A stretch of DNA of 64,000 bases from Longimicrobiales bacterium (GCA_965248195.1 CBDFIQ010000001.1:192001-256000), one strand, 5' to 3'. Positions 49,593-59,535 are shown, numbered from the stretch's first letter. A program made the numbers and translations. Notes: a model not told the origin generated them from the letters alone.

Positions 49593-51173
49593 TCAGGACA
49601 GCGGCGGCGTGCTCGTCGGGGGCCGCCGAATGCGCGTGGCCTGTTCGAAGGAGTACGCGAGTTTGATCAGCGTAGGCTCGCTCCACTGGGGGCCGAGCAG
49701 CTCGATACCGATCGGAACACCCAGCGGGGCCGATGGCGTCGATGCCGAAAAACCGCCGGGAAAGGTGATCGCCGGGAAGCCCGTGCTGTTCGAGAGCACG
49801 CCGTTGCGCTCGAGCTGGTCCTCCCCGATCGGCGCCACCAGGCGCCGCTGGTGCGGATATAGTACCGCGTCCAACTCGTTGTCCGCGATCACGGTCATCA
49901 CTGCTTGCCGCAGCTCCTCGCGTCGAAGAAATCGAACGCGATACTCAGGGTCGGCGAGACCGTTCTGGACGCTCTGGTCCGCCTCGAGGCCACGTCGGAG
50001 TGGCGGGTGGAACTCACCCCGCTCGATGAACTCCTCGAGGCTGCGGACCGGAGCGGCAGGACCCAGGCTCGCCAGGTAGCGATTGAATGCGATCTTGAAC
50101 TCGAAGCCCGAGAGCGCGATGCCCCGTGTGAGGTCGGCGAAGTTCGGAATACGGAGGCGTACGACGGTGGCGCCCGCCTCGGTCATCGTCGTGATCGCCT
50201 CCTCGACGACGGCGTTGACCTCCTCGTGGATCGCATCTTGTCCGACGAGATCCAGCACCAGGCCGATGCGAGCTCCTTCGAGGCCGCTCGGGTCGAGCGA
50301 CTCCGTGTAGCTGGGAGGTATCTCCCCCGTGCTGAAGGCCGTGATCGGATCGGCAGGGTCGTAACCGGCGATGACGTCGAGCATCCGGGCGGCGTCCTCG
50401 ACCGTGCGCACGATCGGCCCCACCTCGTCTTGAGTGAAGCTGATCGGTATGACGCCGTCTCGGCTCACGAGGCCACGGCTCCCACGTATCCCGACCAGAC
50501 TCTGAGCCGAGGCTGGCGACCGGATCGACTGCCCGGTGTCGCTTCCGGTCCCCAGCACGCCGAAGTCGGCAGCGATCGCGGCACCCGTCCCGCCACTGGA
50601 TCCGCCCGGTGTGCGGCCGAGGTCGTACGGATTCCGGGTCTGTCCGCCCAAAGAGCTGATGGTCGTCCCTCCCCGGGCCAGCTCGGTGAGGTTCGACTTG
50701 GCCAAAACAAGCGCTCCGGCCTCCCGCAGTCGCCGCACGACGAAGGCGTCGTCTGGCGGGACCGACTGGGCCAGGGCGAGCGAGGCGCCCGTCGTAGGCA
50801 TATCGGCGGTGTCGTAGTTGTCCTTCACGATCACGGGAATGCAGTGGAGGGGCCGGCCCCCGGTCCCGTCTGCGGCATAGAGACGGTCCATCTCCCGGGC
50901 GGTGTCGAGCGCACGCGGGTTCACCGTCAGAATCGCGTTGAGCCCCGGCCCCTGGTCGTCGTACGTCTCGACCCGGCGGAGGTAGTACTCGACCAATTGC
51001 GCGCAGGCGAGAGTACCCGACGCGAAGGCGTCGTGGATCCCTCGGATGGTAGCTTCTTCCAGGGAGAAGGTGCCGCTTCCCTCACTCCCCCCTCCAACTG
51101 TCTGGCCCCCGCAAGCGGCCAGGCCGAGCGTAAGAACCAGGGCTGCATTGAGGCGAGTGACAGGATCGGGCAT
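49593..51173 (-). CDS. Amidase-signature family lipoprotein
   Basis: VKDN, GGSSGG and GSDTGQSIRSPA motifs; LAAC lipobox. Confidence 0.9.
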   Translation of the reverse strand: MPDPVTRLNAALVLTLGLAACGGQTVGGGSEGSGTFSLEEATIRGIHDAFASGTLACAQLVEYYLRRVETYDDQGPGLNAILTVNPRALDTAREMDRLYAADGTGGRPLHCIPVIVKDNYDTADMPTTGASLALAQSVPPDDAFVVRRLREAGALVLAKSNLTELARGGTTISSLGGQTRNPYDLGRTPGGSSGGTGAAIAADFGVLGTGSDTGQSIRSPASAQSLVGIRGSRGLVSRDGVIPISFTQDEVGPIVRTVEDAARMLDVIAGYDPADPITAFSTGEIPPSYTESLDPSGLEGARIGLVLDLVGQDAIHEEVNAVVEEAITTMTEAGATVVRLRIPNFADLTRGIALSGFEFKIAFNRYLASLGPAAPVRSLEEFIERGEFHPPLRRGLEADQSVQNGLADPEYRVRFLRREELRQAVMTVIADNELDAVLYPHQRRLVAPIGEDQLERNGVLSNSTGFPAITFPGGFSASTPSAPLGVPIGIELLGPQWSEPTLIKLAYSFEQATRIRRPPTSTPPLS

Positions 51174-51186
51174 GGGCGCGCTCCGG

Positions 51187-51238
51187 GATCAGACCGAGGT
51201 CAACATCCGAGAGTGGGCCGGTGGGCGCAAGCGGAAGC
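51187..51238 (-). promoter_or_regulatory. Dispersed promoter/leader cassette, copy E
   Basis: GCTTCCGCTTGCGCCCACCGGCCCACTCTCGGATGTTGACCTCGGTCTGATC-CCGGAGCGCGCCC-ATG. Confidence 0.72.
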
Positions 51239-51270
51239 CTCCTCGTGGCTCGCGTGCGGCACTGGGGGCT

Positions 51271-52863
51271 TCAGCGGATTCCGTCCACCACGCGGAAAAC
51301 GCTCGGCTCCCGCCTCGACTGGCCGGGGATGAGGAAGACGACGGAATCATCCCCGACGAAATCCGGGAAAGCGAGCGGGCTGGCACCTTCACTGTCGCTG
51401 AGCCTGGTAAGGCGCCGCTGGTCCCGGTCGAAGAGGAAGATCCCCCGCGAGCTTTCGTCGGTCTCCGCCCGTCGCCGCCTGATGCGTGGCGTGGCGAACG
51501 CCAGCAGCCGACCGGTTCGGTGCCACGCTACCTTGCTGGTCTGGACGCCGAGGTCGAGGACCTCGTTGCAGCGTCCGGCCGTCAGGATTCGGAAGATCTT
51601 CGTCGTGCCGGTCGACTCGTCGCGAGCGGCGACCTCTGTTCCGTCCTGCGACATGATGGGGGTCGAGAGGGACGTCTCCCTACACGGCGTCACCGGCTCG
51701 CCGATCGGCCGGACCCGAGGAACACCGTTCCGGGGATCGACCTGGACCTCGTAGTCGCGGTAGACGATACCCTCGAACCAGCTCGTGAGCACACGGTACA
51801 CGGTCCGAGACTCCTCCTGCTCGAGGATGCCCACGGACGGGTACTGGTCTCGCATTAGTGGATCCATAAAAAACGGCGCCACCGATGTTCGTCTGTCGGC
51901 TCGCGCCGCTTCGAACACTTCATCCGCCTCGTAGAACCTGAGGCCGTCTCGGCCCCGACCGGGGGTCACGAAGTATCGGCCGTCCGGCGTCGGGACGAAG
52001 TCGATGAACCCGGACGCAAGACGGCTCTGCCCGTCGACCAGGTCGAGGAGGTAGATCCGCCGTGCCGACTCGTACGCGAGGGCTTGTCTTCCCGGGACCC
52101 ACCGGAAGTATGCGCCCGGAGTCCCGACCGCCTCGTAGTCCACAAGAGGACGGCCGCCTTGTGATGCAGCAGAAAGCGTGGTGGACAGCGTCGGCAAGAA
52201 ACGGTTACGGCCGCTTCTCGTCGTCCCGGAGACCCGCCGCCCGATCATCCCCTCGTAGGTCTCCGCGGTCTTGTAGCCCAGGATCGCGTGACCGACTACC
52301 TGTCCCTCGTCATGCACGACGACCGCCGGGGCGTGGGCGAGGGCCCCAGCGCCGAGCATCGCGTCAGCCATCGGAATCACACCGGCTCCGAGGCCCGGAG
52401 CGGCGTAGGCGTATTCGTGCACCTCTTCGGTGCCGACCAACGTGAGGCGCATCCCCAACCTCCGGGCCGCCCCGGAGATCTCGGCAATCCCCGAGCGGGA
52501 CAGAGGCATGCGCTGAGACCAGAAGTAGACGATCCCCGTGCAGTCGTCAGCGCATTCTTCAATCCGCCTGGCGGCGTCCTCCAGGCTCGTAAGGGAGTCG
52601 AGGCCGGCGGGAAGCGGAGCCACGTCATACGCCAACGGTGGCTCGGCCACCGCCAAGGTTGGCTCCGCCACGCGCTCCAGGCGCGGGTCCCCCGCACGCT
52701 CCAAGGGTGGCTCCGCCACGCCGCGCACGTCCGCCAGGCTCGCGGCCGCCAGCGCCGCGACTCCGAGGACGCCGATCCAGATCCAGGCTCGTCTTCGTTC
52801 CTCACGCTTCAGCACCGGCGTCACCTCGGCCGAACGATCGGCCGCCTCCTCGGCGCTCGCCAT
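51271..52863 (-). CDS. Membrane-anchored hypothetical protein with C-terminal beta-propeller (TolB-like)
   Basis: N-terminal TM, VAEP repeats, TPDGRY / SQDGTEVA / AW...G..LAF blades; starts 1 bp after the monooxygenase stop. Confidence 0.6.
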   Translation of the reverse strand: MASAEEAADRSAEVTPVLKREERRRAWIWIGVLGVAALAAASLADVRGVAEPPLERAGDPRLERVAEPTLAVAEPPLAYDVAPLPAGLDSLTSLEDAARRIEECADDCTGIVYFWSQRMPLSRSGIAEISGAARRLGMRLTLVGTEEVHEYAYAAPGLGAGVIPMADAMLGAGALAHAPAVVVHDEGQVVGHAILGYKTAETYEGMIGRRVSGTTRSGRNRFLPTLSTTLSAASQGGRPLVDYEAVGTPGAYFRWVPGRQALAYESARRIYLLDLVDGQSRLASGFIDFVPTPDGRYFVTPGRGRDGLRFYEADEVFEAARADRRTSVAPFFMDPLMRDQYPSVGILEQEESRTVYRVLTSWFEGIVYRDYEVQVDPRNGVPRVRPIGEPVTPCRETSLSTPIMSQDGTEVAARDESTGTTKIFRILTAGRCNEVLDLGVQTSKVAWHRTGRLLAFATPRIRRRRAETDESSRGIFLFDRDQRRLTRLSDSEGASPLAFPDFVGDDSVVFLIPGQSRREPSVFRVVDGIR

Positions 52864-52864
52864 C

Positions 52865-53227
52865 CTAGGTGCCGTGAAAGGCAACAGGCTTGCCGCGTGG
52901 CTCCGGCTCGAGATCCGGTTGGCTCGAGTCCGTGAAGACCTCGTGCAACTCGAGCTGGCTCGGCTGCACGAACGCTTCTTGGGGAAGCGTGCCGGAGCGT
53001 GCATGCCCTTTCACAAACTCGTCCGACTGCACCCACGCATCGAACGCGGCCCGGGATTCCCACAGAGTCAAGACAATGTAGGGGTCTCCCGGATTGACTG
53101 GGCGCAGCACCTTGTTCCAGATAAACCCGGGCATCCCGTCCACCAGCCGCGCCCGTGTCTGGAAGCGCTGCTCGAACTGCTCGGCGTACTCCGGCACCAC
53201 ATAGATCCGGTTCATGGCGGTGATCAT
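52865..53227 (-). CDS. ABM-family monooxygenase (IsdG/HmoB-like, possibly haem-degrading)
   Basis: MN.I.V, FEQRF..R...VD.MPGF and WES..AF.AW..S..F...H motifs. Confidence 0.82.
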   Translation of the reverse strand: MITAMNRIYVVPEYAEQFEQRFQTRARLVDGMPGFIWNKVLRPVNPGDPYIVLTLWESRAAFDAWVQSDEFVKGHARSGTLPQEAFVQPSQLELHEVFTDSSQPDLEPEPRGKPVAFHGT

Positions 53228-53499
53228 TCTCGGTCACTCTCCATTGGGTTTGCGTAGCGGCGTTCGAGGGCCGCGTTGAGACGGGCGACGGCATCGGGCA
53301 TGGTGGACAAGATGCTTCCAGAGCGTGTGGGGCGGCAAGCGTCTCACACGCTCCCCGGGGGGTTGCCCATCACCTCCACCCATAGGATGTTGCCACGCTC
53401 CCTACTCTGAGCCACGCTTCCTACCTTAATGAAGGCGGCCCTCGACACGGATTTCATCGCCGCCTTTGAGGTGCGAATGGAGCTCACCCCCTGAGGCAG

Positions 53500-54795
53500 A
53501 TGACCATCATGAAGCAGACCCTATCAATCGCCGCCGGATCGTTCGTATTGGCTGCACTGAGCCACCCGGCCCTCGCTCAGAGTGTGTTTCCGACAGGCAC
53601 AACGATCTACAATCCCGCTGAGGCCTACAGTAGTTATGTCCTGATATCAGACCACACCGCGGTGGGCAACCATTCGAGTGCGAGAGCCCGGGCCGAGGAC
53701 CCAGGCACCCCCAGCGACATTCGCCTCATCGACATGAATGGCAATGTGGTTCACACCTGGGAGGTAGCTCCTTACTTCAACAAGCGCAGCAGGCTGCTCC
53801 CCAGTGGGAACTTGGTCTATGTCGGCCCCAACAGGGCGATTTACGAATATGATTGGGACGGCAATGTGGTTTGGACCCATGAGGGCATCGGCTCTGTCAA
53901 CGACATGCGCATCTTGCCGAACAACAACAGACTGCTGCTTGCCCACGAGCCGATACCTGAAGAGTTCCAGCGACAAGTGAGAGACGTTGAAATAGCACCC
54001 TGGTGGGGGCCTCGACTAAGAGGCAGTGAGGAAACACAATTGGGCGCCGATCTGTACGAAGTGAATCTGGACGGAGAAGTCGTTTGGGAGTGGCACGCAC
54101 ACAATCATCTCGATCTGAACCTGTTCTCGCCGGCGACTCCAGAAGGCGACTGGCTGCATGTCAATTCAGTTGCCCCCCTGCCAGAGAACAAGTGGTACGA
54201 CGCTGGAGACGAGCGGTTCAGACCCGGCAACATTCTGCTCAACGCGAGGAACATCAACACCGTATACCTCATCGACAAAGAGAGCAAAGAGATCGTTTGG
54301 GAGGGCACGCATAACTACAAAGGCGGCATGGCCCATGCCCACGAGGCGGAGATGATCGAAAAGGGCCTTCCCGGGGCCGGCAATATCATGCTGTTCGACA
54401 ACGGTCTCTTCACCAGGCAGAGGGCCCATACCGGCCAGACTTTCATCGTTGAGCTGGATCCGATCACTCAGGAGATCGTCTGGATATATGAAACAGAGGG
54501 CTACGCGAACATAAAGTTCTTCAGTAAGACCATGGGAACCCAGAAGCGGCTCCCCAATGGCAATACCTACATAGCCGAGGACAACACGGGACGGCTCTTT
54601 CAGGTGCGACCCGACGGCGAGATCGTATGGGAATATGTCAACAGAGGGGGCACGACTCGTCCGTCGGTGATTCCGTACGATTTCACCCCACAACTAAGGG
54701 CGCTGCCCAGACCGGAAGAGCTCACCGTGACGCCGCCAAACAATCTGGAGTGGCACATTGCGCCCGATATCCAGAGAGAGAGGGGCGGGCTCTAG
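53500..54795 (+). CDS. Aryl-sulfate sulfotransferase (ASST) family protein
   Basis: Signal peptide; DWLHVNS, GNIMLFDNG, KRLPNGNT.I and GEIVWEY motifs. Confidence 0.82.
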   Translation: MTIMKQTLSIAAGSFVLAALSHPALAQSVFPTGTTIYNPAEAYSSYVLISDHTAVGNHSSARARAEDPGTPSDIRLIDMNGNVVHTWEVAPYFNKRSRLLPSGNLVYVGPNRAIYEYDWDGNVVWTHEGIGSVNDMRILPNNNRLLLAHEPIPEEFQRQVRDVEIAPWWGPRLRGSEETQLGADLYEVNLDGEVVWEWHAHNHLDLNLFSPATPEGDWLHVNSVAPLPENKWYDAGDERFRPGNILLNARNINTVYLIDKESKEIVWEGTHNYKGGMAHAHEAEMIEKGLPGAGNIMLFDNGLFTRQRAHTGQTFIVELDPITQEIVWIYETEGYANIKFFSKTMGTQKRLPNGNTYIAEDNTGRLFQVRPDGEIVWEYVNRGGTTRPSVIPYDFTPQLRALPRPEELTVTPPNNLEWHIAPDIQRERGGL

Positions 54796-54856
54796 GGGGG
54801 CCTTTTGGGGTCCCGTAGGGAGCTAGGGCGACGGCCCACCCGAGGCCTACCCTCCC

Positions 54857-55858
54857 CTACATCAGCAGCTCGAGCAGCGCCGACGACACCGCGTCCGGCC
54901 GGTGCGCCGGCAAGTCGTGTCCCGCCCCGTCGACGATGCGACGCGCGACGAGTGAGGGGAACCTCCGCTGGTCGCCCGACGGATCCGGCGAGGGTCGGCC
55001 GAAGCCGTTCTCCGCCCCCCGCAGCACGATGGCGGGCACCTGGATCTGCGGCCGCTGAGCCAGCCGGCGCTCCACCGCCAGGAAACGCTCCTCGCCAGGC
55101 GCGTTCAGGTGCCGGTGCCGGTAGGAGTGGATCACGACATCGACGAAATCGGGGTTATCGAACGACGGGGCCGATCGATCGAATGCCGCGTCGGTGTATT
55201 GCCACCCGGGCGACCAGGTGTCCCACAGATACCGGATGATGTCGCGTCGATTCGCCTCGAGTCCGGCCCGTCCGCGCTCCGTGTTGAAGTACCACTGATA
55301 CCAGAGGCGTGCCTCGGAGGCGGCTGGCGCCGGGCCTCCCGGCGTGAGGGTGTTCTGCACCGAATACCCGCCGCAAGCGACCTGCGCGCGCACCCGTTCG
55401 GGGTGGAGGATGGCCGTGATGCAAGCCGCACGGTTGCCCCAGTCGAACCCCGCCAGCGCGAAGCGCTCCAGCCCGAGCGCGTCGGCGAAGTCGACCACGT
55501 CCTGGGCAATCGCGGCTTGCTCCGCCATGCGCGGCGCAGCGGGGTCGCGGAATCGCGTGGGACCGTAGCCGCGAAGATACGGAACCAGCACCCGGTGGCC
55601 CGCGTCGACCAGCGACGGCACCACGCCGTCCCAGGATCGAACATCGTAAGGAAAGCCGTGCAGGAGGATGATGGGGAACCCGGCGCTGTTCCCGGTCTCC
55701 TCATACGCGATGTCGAGCACCGCAGTCTGGATCGTCCGCACGTCTTGACGGGCCCCGGTCTGAACCCGGGCGTCACCAACGGCCGCGGAGCCACCAGCCA
55801 CCGCCACGGCGCCCACCGCACCGGCGCTCTTCAGGAATTCTCTTCGGCTCTGAGCCAT
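54857..55858 (-). CDS. Tat-exported alpha/beta hydrolase (epoxide hydrolase-like)
   Basis: SRREFLK; LLHGFP, GFDWG and GAGH motifs. Confidence 0.88.
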   Translation of the reverse strand: MAQSRREFLKSAGAVGAVAVAGGSAAVGDARVQTGARQDVRTIQTAVLDIAYEETGNSAGFPIILLHGFPYDVRSWDGVVPSLVDAGHRVLVPYLRGYGPTRFRDPAAPRMAEQAAIAQDVVDFADALGLERFALAGFDWGNRAACITAILHPERVRAQVACGGYSVQNTLTPGGPAPAASEARLWYQWYFNTERGRAGLEANRRDIIRYLWDTWSPGWQYTDAAFDRSAPSFDNPDFVDVVIHSYRHRHLNAPGEERFLAVERRLAQRPQIQVPAIVLRGAENGFGRPSPDPSGDQRRFPSLVARRIVDGAGHDLPAHRPDAVSSALLELLM

Positions 55859-56024
55859 GACCGTTCCTCCGAAATGGGGCCTACCAAAGCTGAGCCCACG
55901 GTAGAGCTGGCTCCAGCCGCGAGCAAGGCATGAGCGCTCAGCCGGGACGTCGCTACCCTTACTTTCTCGCTTCACCCTCCGGTGTTAGTCTCTTCCAAAA
56001 TCCCGCCACACCAGCGGAGGACCC

Positions 56025-57017
56025 ATGAAAAGGCTACTCGCCAGATCTTTCCCGGTACTCCTGATTTCGGTCATCGCCCTAGCCCGACCCGCCTCCGGCC
56101 AACTGCAGGATGGCGGTTCCGATAGGGATGTCACCCCCGCCCAGTATGAACAGTGGAAGCTGGAACTGTCTAACTGGGGACGTTGGGGGGAAGACGGTGA
56201 GATCGGAGCCCTCAACCTGATTACGCCAGAGAAGCGCTTGGAGGCAGCGGCTCTGGTTCAGGAGGGGTTTTCTGTGTCGCTGGCCTCGGACGCAAATACG
56301 GTCCAGGCCGTCGACAATCCCAGGCCGTACGAACACGAGATGCTCAGTATCAGCTCGGACCGGATTGCCGTCCGTTACCACGGTATCACCCACACTCACA
56401 TCGACGCCCTGGCTCATGTGAACGACGGCGGGACTTTCTTCGACGGGTACACACCCGACGCCGACGCCACTCTCGCAAGTGGACACGAGAAGAGCTCGAT
56501 CCACAACCTCAAGAATGGCGTCCTCACTCGTGGCGTCCTGATCGACATTCCAAGGTTCCGGGGCCTACCGTATCTGGAACCGGGCACTCCAATCTATGTG
56601 GAGGACTTGGAGGCGTGGGAAGAGCAAACCGGGGTGCGAATCTCCTCCGGTGACGCGCTATTCATTCGTACAGGTGTGTGGGCTCGACGCGAGGCCGAAG
56701 GACCATGGCTCCGCGGCCGCGCGAGGGGAGGGCGGTCGGCCGGTCTCCACCCGTCCGTGATTCCGTGGTTGAAAGAACGCGATGTCGCGTTATTGGGAAG
56801 CGACCATCCTACCTATGTCTCGCCTTCGAACCTGCCCGGGGCTGTGCACGATTTCGCCATCTTATATCTGGGGATCCACATGATCGATAACTGTGACCTC
56901 GAGGCGCTCGGCGCAGCGGCGGCCGAGAGAGGCCGGTGGGAGTTCCTCCTGATGCTCGCGCCGCTCCCGATCGCCGGGGGCACGGGTTCGCCATTGAACC
57001 CGATCGCCGTGTTTTGA
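56025..57017 (+). CDS. Cyclase/kynurenine formamidase family metallohydrolase
   Basis: NWGRWG.D.E.G.LN, THIDALAH and GTGSP.NP motifs. Confidence 0.88.
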   Translation: MKRLLARSFPVLLISVIALARPASGQLQDGGSDRDVTPAQYEQWKLELSNWGRWGEDGEIGALNLITPEKRLEAAALVQEGFSVSLASDANTVQAVDNPRPYEHEMLSISSDRIAVRYHGITHTHIDALAHVNDGGTFFDGYTPDADATLASGHEKSSIHNLKNGVLTRGVLIDIPRFRGLPYLEPGTPIYVEDLEAWEEQTGVRISSGDALFIRTGVWARREAEGPWLRGRARGGRSAGLHPSVIPWLKERDVALLGSDHPTYVSPSNLPGAVHDFAILYLGIHMIDNCDLEALGAAAAERGRWEFLLMLAPLPIAGGTGSPLNPIAVF

Positions 57018-57037
57018 GCCGCCCATAGAACTGGCTC

Positions 57038-58144
57038 TCAATCACGGCGAGTGTCACTCGATCCCTGCGCTTCCATTCTTTCCTCATAACGCGCGCCGCT
57101 CAAAACACCAGCCAAACTGTAGTTGCCCTCGTGGCAGGCGTACTCGTAGAGTTGGGCGTCGAACTTCTTGATCGGGATCTCTCCTCCCCACGCTTCGGTG
57201 TACATCGTCGGATCCTCAACGGTGAACTCATAGAGGATCGTCTCTTCGTCGACCCGAGTGAAGCGCTCGGTCACCCTCATTTGCCCTGACGGGGCAACAC
57301 CCCGGAGAGACTGTCGTGGATTGATGTTCGTGGTCTCGACCACGAGCGCGTCGCCTTCCCACCGACCCCAGGAGTCGCCGAACCACGGGCGGACGTCCTC
57401 GGGCATCGGGTTGGGCTCGCCAAACCGGATAATCCGCACGTCGTGGATCATCTCCGACATGATCATCAGGTAATCGGCCGTCTGTACGATGATGTAGTTG
57501 GCGTTGTAGGCCCCGGTGGGGACCATGGGGGGTCCGACAGGGGAACCGAAAAGGATGCAGCGCTCGGCGAATGGTCTCAGCTCCGGGTGGTCGTATCGGC
57601 CAAATTGGCCCCTGAAGTCCGTGGACTCCTGGACCCGCCGCTCGCCCTCCGGCGTGAGGGCCGGACGGCGCCCATTCGCCGGATGGGTGAGCAGAGAGGC
57701 TCTGGGCTCGCCATCGACGATCGCTACCCGCGAGCCCCGCTCCCAATAGACCTCGTTGTACTCGTTGCCGCTCAGTCGAGCCTCATTGGTGGACCCCTCG
57801 CGGGACGCCCTTCCGCACATTGTGGTTCCTGGGTTGGCGGGGCACCCATCTCCTGGCCGCTCCATCTCCTCGACTTCCTCCCGCGTGAACACCGGGCCCC
57901 TACCCTCTTCCCGCTCAAACGGGGTGAGCGTCGAGTTCGACCAGTTCCCCTGAAAATCCGGATGGCCGTCGGGTGTCCTGGGGACTTCCCACTTTTCGGC
58001 GTCGGAGGCTCGAGCCTGCGCCGCCGCGGTCGAGACGAAGCCGGGCGCTGCGGTTACGCAGAGAACAGCCAGAACCAGAAGCAGAGCGGAGTAACGCGAC
58101 ATCACTTCATGGCCTCGACCCACCACCGCCATACGCTTGCTCAT
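57038..58144 (-). CDS. Conserved secreted hypothetical ('PRTPDGHPDFQGNW' family)
   Basis: GDSWGRWEGDALVVET and YEYACHEGNY motifs; paralogue of 168..1145. Confidence 0.78.
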   Translation of the reverse strand: MSKRMAVVGRGHEVMSRYSALLLVLAVLCVTAAPGFVSTAAAQARASDAEKWEVPRTPDGHPDFQGNWSNSTLTPFEREEGRGPVFTREEVEEMERPGDGCPANPGTTMCGRASREGSTNEARLSGNEYNEVYWERGSRVAIVDGEPRASLLTHPANGRRPALTPEGERRVQESTDFRGQFGRYDHPELRPFAERCILFGSPVGPPMVPTGAYNANYIIVQTADYLMIMSEMIHDVRIIRFGEPNPMPEDVRPWFGDSWGRWEGDALVVETTNINPRQSLRGVAPSGQMRVTERFTRVDEETILYEFTVEDPTMYTEAWGGEIPIKKFDAQLYEYACHEGNYSLAGVLSGARYEERMEAQGSSDTRRD

Positions 58145-58392
58145 TTCAACCTCCATTCCAGCGGGATCCACGACACTGACCGGCACTCTTTTCAAAGAAC
58201 CCTCCGAGGGGTGGGTATAACGTGAGGGCCGGGACCGAAGCGGTCAATATGGCCGGACCACCCCCGTGGCCCTTATTGGCTTGCTGATCTTCGAGCAGCA
58301 CCAGTGAGTTGCCCGGCTTGGTACGGGCCCCCACGTTATCCCGACCCGCCAGAGGGCTTTTGGTTTACTTATCCTTCACGTCGGAGGTGAGA

Positions 58393-59535
58393 ATGGACCG
58401 CCGGATATTCATTGCCAATGGGACCAAGGCCTCCGTGGGGCTCGCGGCCTTCCCGACCGCCGCCTTAGCCGGCGCCGGCGGGAGAGGACCGTTTTCGATG
58501 GCCCGGCCGGTTCAGACCACCACGCTGCGGCTGAATCACAACGCCAACCCACTGGGCACACCACCGAGAGCGCGCGCGGCGATTCTCGAAGCGATGGAGG
58601 ATGTGCCGCACTACCCCGGCCCCCGACGAGGGACGCTCAGAGCTCGACTCGCCGAGCTCCATGATGTCTCCGCGGACCAGGTGGTTCTCGGGTCCGGTTC
58701 CACTGAAGTCATTCGGACGGCTATCCAGGCTCACGCCTCTCCGCAGAGTCGCATCCTTCAGGCGGATCCGACCTACGAGGATGCCATCCGATACGGAGAG
58801 CCCTTTCCCTACCGGATCGAGCAGGTGCCTCTCACGAGCGAGTTCGCCCACGATGTTGAACGCATGAGGGGTCTGGCCGAGGGCTGGCGAGAGCCCACCG
58901 TGGTTTACATCTGCAATCCAAACAATCCGACCGGCACCCTCACTCCCAGTGCCGAAGTGGACGACTGGATCTCATCGGCTTCCGACAACGTCTTTTTTAT
59001 TGTTGACGAGGCTTACTTCCCCTTCGTCGACGACGCGAATTACTGGTCCGCACAGAAGTGGGCTCGGGAGCGGTCGAACGTGGTGGTCACCCGGACCTTC
59101 TCCAAGCTCTACGGAATGGCAGGCCTCCGCATCGGCTACGGCCTCTGCCATGCCGAGACCGCCCGCCGACTGAATCTTTATGCCACCCATTCCAATCCCA
59201 ACACTCTGGCCATGGCCGCTGCTCTTGGAGCCCTCGAGGAAGAAGGTTGGCAGGAGAAGAGCCTGAGAACGTGGGATCAGTGCAAAGAAGTGGTGACCAC
59301 GTGCTTGGACGAGCTCGGGCTTCATTATTTCCAGAGCCAGACCGCGTTCTTGTTCCACGAGATCCGCGGCGACCAGAACCTCTACATCCGTCGAATGGAG
59401 GACCACGGGATTCTGGTGGGACGACCGTTCCCGCCGATGCTCTCCCACAACCGACTCTCGCTCTCCGCCATGCCCGAGGAGTTGGGCCGGTTCGCCGAGA
59501 CCCTGCGGATGTTCCGAAGGAGGGGTTGGGTCTAG
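58393..59535 (+). CDS. HisC-like class I/II aminotransferase with twin-arginine-like leader
   Basis: DRRIFI; CNPNNPTG, DEAY and RTFSKLYGMAGLRIGY motifs. Confidence 0.85.
   Translation: MDRRIFIANGTKASVGLAAFPTAALAGAGGRGPFSMARPVQTTTLRLNHNANPLGTPPRARAAILEAMEDVPHYPGPRRGTLRARLAELHDVSADQVVLGSGSTEVIRTAIQAHASPQSRILQADPTYEDAIRYGEPFPYRIEQVPLTSEFAHDVERMRGLAEGWREPTVVYICNPNNPTGTLTPSAEVDDWISSASDNVFFIVDEAYFPFVDDANYWSAQKWARERSNVVVTRTFSKLYGMAGLRIGYGLCHAETARRLNLYATHSNPNTLAMAAALGALEEEGWQEKSLRTWDQCKEVVTTCLDELGLHYFQSQTAFLFHEIRGDQNLYIRRMEDHGILVGRPFPPMLSHNRLSLSAMPEELGRFAETLRMFRRRGWV

Noticed and set aside
19208..51238. Cassette copies as a CRISPR array or integron attC sites
   Set aside because: Copies are kilobases apart, in both orientations, with no spacers or cas genes; no RYYYAAC...GTTRRRY hairpin, and the integrase lacks evident IntI features.
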